Origin: Candidatus Omnitrophota bacterium | GTDB lineage: Bacteria > Omnitrophota > Gorgyraeia > Zapsychrales > Fredricksoniimonadaceae | Assembly: GCA_044225175.1 (NCBI GenBank) | Contig: JBGAJA010000001.1 | Coordinates: 70,994-134,993 of the forward strand | Length of the DNA stretch: 64,000 nucleotides | Direction of reading: 5' to 3' | Shown: one piece after another, positions 59,323-64,000 of the stretch | Numbering within the stretch: the first letter of the stretch is position 1 | How the letters are laid out: every line of letters begins with the position of its first letter | The notes under the pieces: model-generated | Database searches by the model: none | Told to the model about the DNA's origin: nothing | The model's input: the letters and a program-made list of their open reading frames with translations, nothing else | Position numbers and translations under genes: made by a program

Positions 59323-60987
59323 TTAAGACTTTTGAGCCGTGGCTAGCATATCCTGGGCATGTTCCAATGAAATACGGGTAGCATTATGGCCAGACATCAT
59401 TTGGGCGATTTCTTCCACGCGTGCTTTATCATCTAGAAGCTTAATTTCTGTCATGGCTCGGCCTGCTTTTAGAGATTTGGTAACTTTAAGGTGTTGATTG
59501 GCAAAAGAAGCAATTTGGGGGAGATGGGTGATTAGAATGACTTGGCGATGACGCGCCAATTGGGTTAATTTTTTGCCTGTTATAGTCCCTAGACGTCCAC
59601 CAATTTGAGCATCAATCTCATCAAAGATGAGTACTGGGATAGGATCAACCTTAATTAAAGCTTTTTTCAAAGCCAGCATGACCCGCGCTGCTTCTCCTGA
59701 AGAAACAATTTGAGCCAAAGGTTTTAATTCTTCTCCGGCATTTGGACTAATATAAAAGACCACATGATCAGTACCATTTGGACTAAAAGAGATCTTTTCA
59801 AAGCGAACTTCAAATCGCACATGATTAATTCCAAGATCTTTAAGCTCTTTTTCAATTGTTGCATTTAGCTCTTCCGCAGCTGTTTGGCGGGCTTTGCTCA
59901 TTTTATTGGCAATTTTGGTTAATTCTTTTTCTTTTTCACCAATACTTTGACGAATCTGGCTGTCATTGTGTTCAAAGTTCTTGATGAGCTCTAGTTTTTC
60001 TTTGCTTTCTTGATAGAAGCTGTTCGCCTCAGACAAAGAGGGACCATATTTGCGTTTGATGTCTTGATATTGATCGTAAATTTTATTGGTTTCTTCTGCT
60101 TGGTTCTCATCAAAGCTAAGGCTGTCAGCATAATTGGTCAACTCACCAATCAAGTCATTGGTTTGTTCTTGAATGGATGTTAATTGATCAAAAAGGGGAG
60201 AAGTCTTTTCGTCGATGTGATTTAGATTCTTCAACGGAGAAAAAGCTTTGCGTATTTGCTGATGAACTCCTGAATCCTCATCTTCTAAAATGCCAAGTAG
60301 GTTTTGAATATGCTCATGCAATTTCTGGGCATTGTTGATTTTGACAATTTCTTGGGAGACCTGTTCATATTTCTCTTCATTTAAAGGAACAGATTCTAAT
60401 TCTTTAACTTGATGAGTCAATAAATCTAGATCTCTTTGACGAGTTTGTGTCAGATTGTTCAAAGTTTGAAGCTTATTTTGGAGGTCTGTGTAATCTTTAT
60501 AGATATTGGAGTAATCATTTTTTAAAGATTTGAAGTCTACTAACTTATCAAGCATTTTAAGGTGTTCATTCTCTGATAACAGCATCTGATGATCGTGAGC
60601 GCCATGAAAATCAATGAGATGATTGCCAATACTTCTAAGCTGTGCAACAGTGACATTAAAGCCATTAATTTTAATCTTATTTTTTCCATCGGCAGATATC
60701 GAGCGTTGGATAATTAATTGTGTCTCATCTGCTTGAAGAAGGTCCACAAAGATTTCATTGGAACGAAGGGTCTGATCAAGTTCAAAAACTGCCTCAATGA
60801 TACAGGGATTCTTAGGGTCTCTAATAGAAGAGGAGTCAATCCGTTCTCCCAGTACCGAACGCAGAGCATCAATCAAGATGGATTTCCCAGCACCTGTTTC
60901 CCCGGTAAAGATATTTAGTTTTTGATCAAATTCAATAGATAGGGATTCAATGAGGGCAAAATTTTTGATTGTTAATTGAATCAACAT
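59323..60987 (-). CDS. recN: DNA repair protein RecN
   Basis: MLIQLTIKNFALI, TGETGAGKS, SSGEAAR, FDEID, ITHLPQIA; start moved to 60987. Confidence 0.97.
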   Translation of the reverse strand: MLIQLTIKNFALIESLSIEFDQKLNIFTGETGAGKSILIDALRSVLGERIDSSSIRDPKNPCIIEAVFELDQTLRSNEIFVDLLQADETQLIIQRSISADGKNKIKINGFNVTVAQLRSIGNHLIDFHGAHDHQMLLSENEHLKMLDKLVDFKSLKNDYSNIYKDYTDLQNKLQTLNNLTQTRQRDLDLLTHQVKELESVPLNEEKYEQVSQEIVKINNAQKLHEHIQNLLGILEDEDSGVHQQIRKAFSPLKNLNHIDEKTSPLFDQLTSIQEQTNDLIGELTNYADSLSFDENQAEETNKIYDQYQDIKRKYGPSLSEANSFYQESKEKLELIKNFEHNDSQIRQSIGEKEKELTKIANKMSKARQTAAEELNATIEKELKDLGINHVRFEVRFEKISFSPNGTDHVVFYISPNAGEELKPLAQIVSSGEAARVMLALKKALIKVDPIPVLIFDEIDAQIGGRLGTITGKKLTQLARHRQVILITHLPQIASFANQHLKVTKSLKAGRAMTEIKLLDDKARVEEIAQMMSGHNATRISLEHAQDMLATAQKS

Positions 60988-61065
60988 AGCTGCAATACTA
61001 ACAAAGAAAAAGATATTTGAGAAGGCCAAATTGTTTCAGACTTATCATGCGGCACAAAAGATTAG

Positions 61066-61140
61066 TGCGCACATAGGCATAGTACTACGTAAGAGAAAGG
61101 GTATTTAATATTTTGACTTGTGAGGGAAAATATGTAAGAT
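61066..61140 (+). promoter_or_regulatory. Putative response-regulator boxes plus promoter of the kinase
   Basis: TGCGCA-4-GGCATA-4-TACGTA (61066-61091); TTGACT-16-TAAGAT (61113-61140). Confidence 0.5.
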
Positions 61141-61149
61141 TTTAAACAA

Positions 61150-62205
61150 ATGCCATTAAGTCCTAAGAATATTTCTCAAGATCCACAAAAAGAGTTAGCT
61201 GATATCAAGCATGCCCTTGATGCCTCCTCCATTGTTGCCATTACTGATCAAACCGGTAAAATTATTTACATAAATGATACATTTTGCCAAATTTCTAAAT
61301 ATTCTCGAGAAGAGCTTTTAGGTAAAGATCATCGGATCATTAATTCTGGTTACCACCCCAAAGAGTTTTTCCGTGACTTGTGGCGTACCATTGCCCAGGG
61401 TAAAGTCTGGAAAGGGGAAGTCCGTAATCGTGCTAAAGACGGTACCTATTATTGGGTGGATACGACGATTGTGCCTTTTCTCAATGCAAAGGGTAAGCCC
61501 TATCAGTATGTCGCTATCCGCAATGAAATTACACAAAAGAAACAGATGGAAGATCAAATAAGAGCTCTTCCGCAGAAGATTATCCAAGCCCAAGAACAGG
61601 AATGTAATCGCATTGCCCGTGATCTTCATGATGATTTGGGACAATCTCTGGCTACGTTAAAGATGATGGTACAATCCGCGTGGCTGGTTGAAAGCCAAGG
61701 AAATAAAATCAAGAAACTCAGTGCAGACCAGCAAAGAATTATGGGTTATTTGAATACGATCATAGAGAAATCGCGCAGTCTGGCTATGCGTTTACGTCCA
61801 TCTACCTTGGATGTATTGGGACTAACATCAGCCTTGGAGGCCATGTTAAAAGAAATTAATTCAAATAATAGGGTAAAGATAAGTTTTCGACACCCGGGGC
61901 TTGATGATCTTCGTTTTAAGGCTGAACCAATTAATTTATTTCGCATCATTCAAGAGGCCATGAGTAATATCTTTAAGCATGCTCACGCCACCCGTGTTCA
62001 AATCAAAATAACAAAATCCAAGGGCTTGCTTAAAATTTCTATCCACGATAATGGTCGAGGCTTTGTTTTTACCGGATCTTCAGGTTTGGGGTTAACAACC
62101 ATGCAAGAGCGCGCCAAGCTGCTCGGTGGAACCATTGGAATTCAATCGCAACCTAAAAACGGGACGACACTGCTAGTAGAAATTCCTGTTAATGAGGGGA
62201 TATAA
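61150..62205 (+). CDS. Cytoplasmic PAS-domain histidine kinase (HisKA_3)
   Basis: PAS N..F..ISKY..EELLG...WKGE..NR.KDG.YYWV; RIARDLHDDLGQ; QEAMSN..KHA, DNGRGF, GLGL; no TM. Confidence 0.93.
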   Translation: MPLSPKNISQDPQKELADIKHALDASSIVAITDQTGKIIYINDTFCQISKYSREELLGKDHRIINSGYHPKEFFRDLWRTIAQGKVWKGEVRNRAKDGTYYWVDTTIVPFLNAKGKPYQYVAIRNEITQKKQMEDQIRALPQKIIQAQEQECNRIARDLHDDLGQSLATLKMMVQSAWLVESQGNKIKKLSADQQRIMGYLNTIIEKSRSLAMRLRPSTLDVLGLTSALEAMLKEINSNNRVKISFRHPGLDDLRFKAEPINLFRIIQEAMSNIFKHAHATRVQIKITKSKGLLKISIHDNGRGFVFTGSSGLGLTTMQERAKLLGGTIGIQSQPKNGTTLLVEIPVNEGI

Positions 62206-62206
62206 G

Positions 62207-62848
62207 ATGATTAAAATTATTTTGGCTGATGATCATGAAATGCTTCGCGCCGGCCTTAAAGGGCTTTTGGAAAAAGAGTCTGATTTTAAGGTTGTGGCTC
62301 AAGCCAAAGATGGCGAGGATTTATTAGAGAAACTGGCTTCAACTAAAACGGATTGTGTAGTTATGGATCTTTCCATGCCCAATATGGATGGACTAGCCAC
62401 ACTTAAAGAGATTCGTAAAAAATTTCCTAAAATGAAAGTTTTGGTTTTAACCATGCAAAAAGATGCTGAACATTTTAAGCATGCGATGGCCAATGGCGCT
62501 TGTGGATATATTCTCAAAGACGGTGCTTTTGATCAATTGGTAATGGCCATCAAAATCATTATGAAAGGAAAGAATTTTATTTCGCCTGATATATCTAATT
62601 TAATTGCCGAACAATATGTTCGTTCGATAGATCAAGAAGCTGATATTCCTTCGTTAGAAATTCTGACTTCAAGAGAAAGAGAAATCTTACAGCGCATTGC
62701 CGAAGGTAAGGCAAACAAAAATATCGCTGCTGCACTCAAAATTAGTATCCGCACCGTCGAAACTCACCGCAGTCATCTCATCCAAAAACTGGGGCTTAAG
62801 ACGCCGGCCAGTTTAGTGAAGTACGCACTTTCGAAAGGTTTGATTTAA
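62207..62848 (+). CDS. NarL/LuxR-family DNA-binding response regulator
   Basis: LADDH, MDLSMP, LTSREREIL, IS.RTVETHR; start moved to ATG 62207. Confidence 0.95.
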   Translation: MIKIILADDHEMLRAGLKGLLEKESDFKVVAQAKDGEDLLEKLASTKTDCVVMDLSMPNMDGLATLKEIRKKFPKMKVLVLTMQKDAEHFKHAMANGACGYILKDGAFDQLVMAIKIIMKGKNFISPDISNLIAEQYVRSIDQEADIPSLEILTSREREILQRIAEGKANKNIAAALKISIRTVETHRSHLIQKLGLKTPASLVKYALSKGLI

Positions 62849-62890
62849 AGTTTCTGCCCATTACCTTCGTAAATACAATCTTTATAAAAC

Positions 62891-62956
62891 TGCGTAGTAC
62901 TACTTATTTTTCTACGTATATCCCCTAATTATTATTTCAAAATTTCCCGTTATCAT
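62891..62956 (+). promoter_or_regulatory. Putative operator array and -10 element
   Basis: TGCGTA-4-TACTTA-6-TACGTA; TATCAT at 62951-62956. Confidence 0.55.
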
Positions 62957-63006
62957 AAGTGCTTACCAATTTTGTTAGATAAGCTGCAATGAATTAGGTG
63001 GATTTA

Positions 63007-63531
63007 ATGAATGCCTCTATTATTGAAATCAAACTACATAGCCTAGATCAATTATTTAATTCCATGGATCCCTCCCCGTTTCATGAGAGGGATCTTGACC
63101 ATGATGCGGAAGAATTTATTGTAAGCTGGGCCCAGGAATATGCTTTAAAAACGCCGTTGATTCTCAGGGTGAGACTGGACAAGTTGTCTGATGGGGATAA
63201 TGTGGATATGGTTAGTCAGGCTATTCATAATTATTTTATTTACCGGACTGATATTTATAGAAGAGAATTTAAGTATCTTATGAAGCAGGCGAGGATTTAT
63301 TTATTGATTGGATTGATGTTTCTTGGGGTATGTTTCTTAGCTGGACACATGATCATGACCTACAACGCCAATATGTGGGGCGGTTTGTTAAGAGAGAGCC
63401 TTATGATTGTTGGGTGGGTGGCTATGTGGCGTCCGATACAGCTTTATTTCTATGAATGGTGGCCGGTTAAGCAGAAGATCAATATTTATAAAAAATTAAG
63501 TGAAATAAGAGTTGAAGTTGTGCAAAGCTGA
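63007..63531 (+). CDS. Conserved hypothetical protein with two C-terminal TM helices
   Basis: QLFNSMDPSPF.ERDLD..AEEFI and ESL.I.GWVAMWRP; GTG 62998 is an alternative start. Confidence 0.8.
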   Translation: MNASIIEIKLHSLDQLFNSMDPSPFHERDLDHDAEEFIVSWAQEYALKTPLILRVRLDKLSDGDNVDMVSQAIHNYFIYRTDIYRREFKYLMKQARIYLLIGLMFLGVCFLAGHMIMTYNANMWGGLLRESLMIVGWVAMWRPIQLYFYEWWPVKQKINIYKKLSEIRVEVVQS

Positions 63532-63537
63532 TAGTTT

Positions 63538-63604
63538 TACGTATTACCACGTAGTTTCCTGCGTATTTTAGCCAATTTTCATTTAATGCATCCACATTTA
63601 TAAT
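63538..63604 (+). promoter_or_regulatory. Putative operator array and leaderless -10 element
   Basis: TACGTA-4-CACGTA-6-TGCGTA; TATAAT at 63599-63604, 6 nt before ATG. Confidence 0.6.
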
Positions 63605-63610
63605 TATTTC

Positions 63611-64000
63611 ATGATGTTTAAATCTCACGAATCCCACAATCAGCCTGGCCTTATTATGATTCAGATTGATGGTTTCTCTAAAATAGAATTAGAGAAAGCC
63701 CTTGAACGTAATGAAATGCCTTTTCTTAAAAGTCTGATTAAAAATGAAAAATACCGTCTACATGCTCTCTATACTGGATTGCCCTCAACCACGCCGGCGG
63801 TCCAGGGAGAGTTGTTTTATGGTGTCAAACAGTGTGTGCCATCGTTTTTCTTTTATGATAAACCATCAAAAAAGGTCTTTCGTATGTTTGATGGTGATTC
63901 GGTCAGAACCATTGAACAGCAGATAGAAAAGCAAGGGGAGGGTCTTTTAGAAGGAGGGAGTTCTTATTCCAATATCTATAGCGGTGGAGCTAAGGAAACA
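63611..64000 (+). CDS. Alkaline-phosphatase-superfamily (NPP-like) protein, 3'-truncated by window edge (not in ORF track)
   Basis: Manual translation MMFKSHESHNQPGLIMIQIDGFS...EMPFL...GLPSTTPAVQGELFYG...; IQIDG metal motif and PSTT nucleophile motif; frame open to the end. Confidence 0.8.
   Translation, partial: MMFKSHESHNQPGLIMIQIDGFSKIELEKALERNEMPFLKSLIKNEKYRLHALYTGLPSTTPAVQGELFYGVKQCVPSFFFYDKPSKKVFRMFDGDSVRTIEQQIEKQGEGLLEGGSSYSNIYSGGAKET

Overview
Gene-dense, moderately AT-rich bacterial chromosome segment, almost all on the + strand. The conserved termini of a 2.7k-aa secreted protein and the general gene style suggest Candidatus Omnitrophota; this is recognition from memory, not a database result. 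The backbone is housekeeping: mntH, trpB/trpA, iscA-thiC, ppa, addAB, ssb, yggS-proC-mtnP-ileS-dksA-lspA-lgt-rluD, aroA-mreBC, an ABC pair, cdaA-pdxJ-acpS-nnrD, a PPi-type pfk, recN and a PAS/NarL two-component pair. No tRNA, rRNA, CRISPR array or transposase was seen. Main leads: (1) a giant signal-peptide protein built as conserved N-terminal domain + cargo modules delimited by D-x-A-M motifs + C-terminal GGIDL tail, carrying metalloprotease-like and dikinase-like cargo, which looks like a polyprotein/effector delivery system; (2) an unannotated 29-aa CdaR-like membrane microprotein coupled to cdaA; (3) a ~100-nt structured ncRNA candidate with its own promoter; (4) a palindromic repeat family with one copy in frame inside the giant gene; (5) TRCGTA operator arrays around the NarL-family system; (6) many leaderless or near-leaderless promoters. 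Several starts in the ORF track were corrected.
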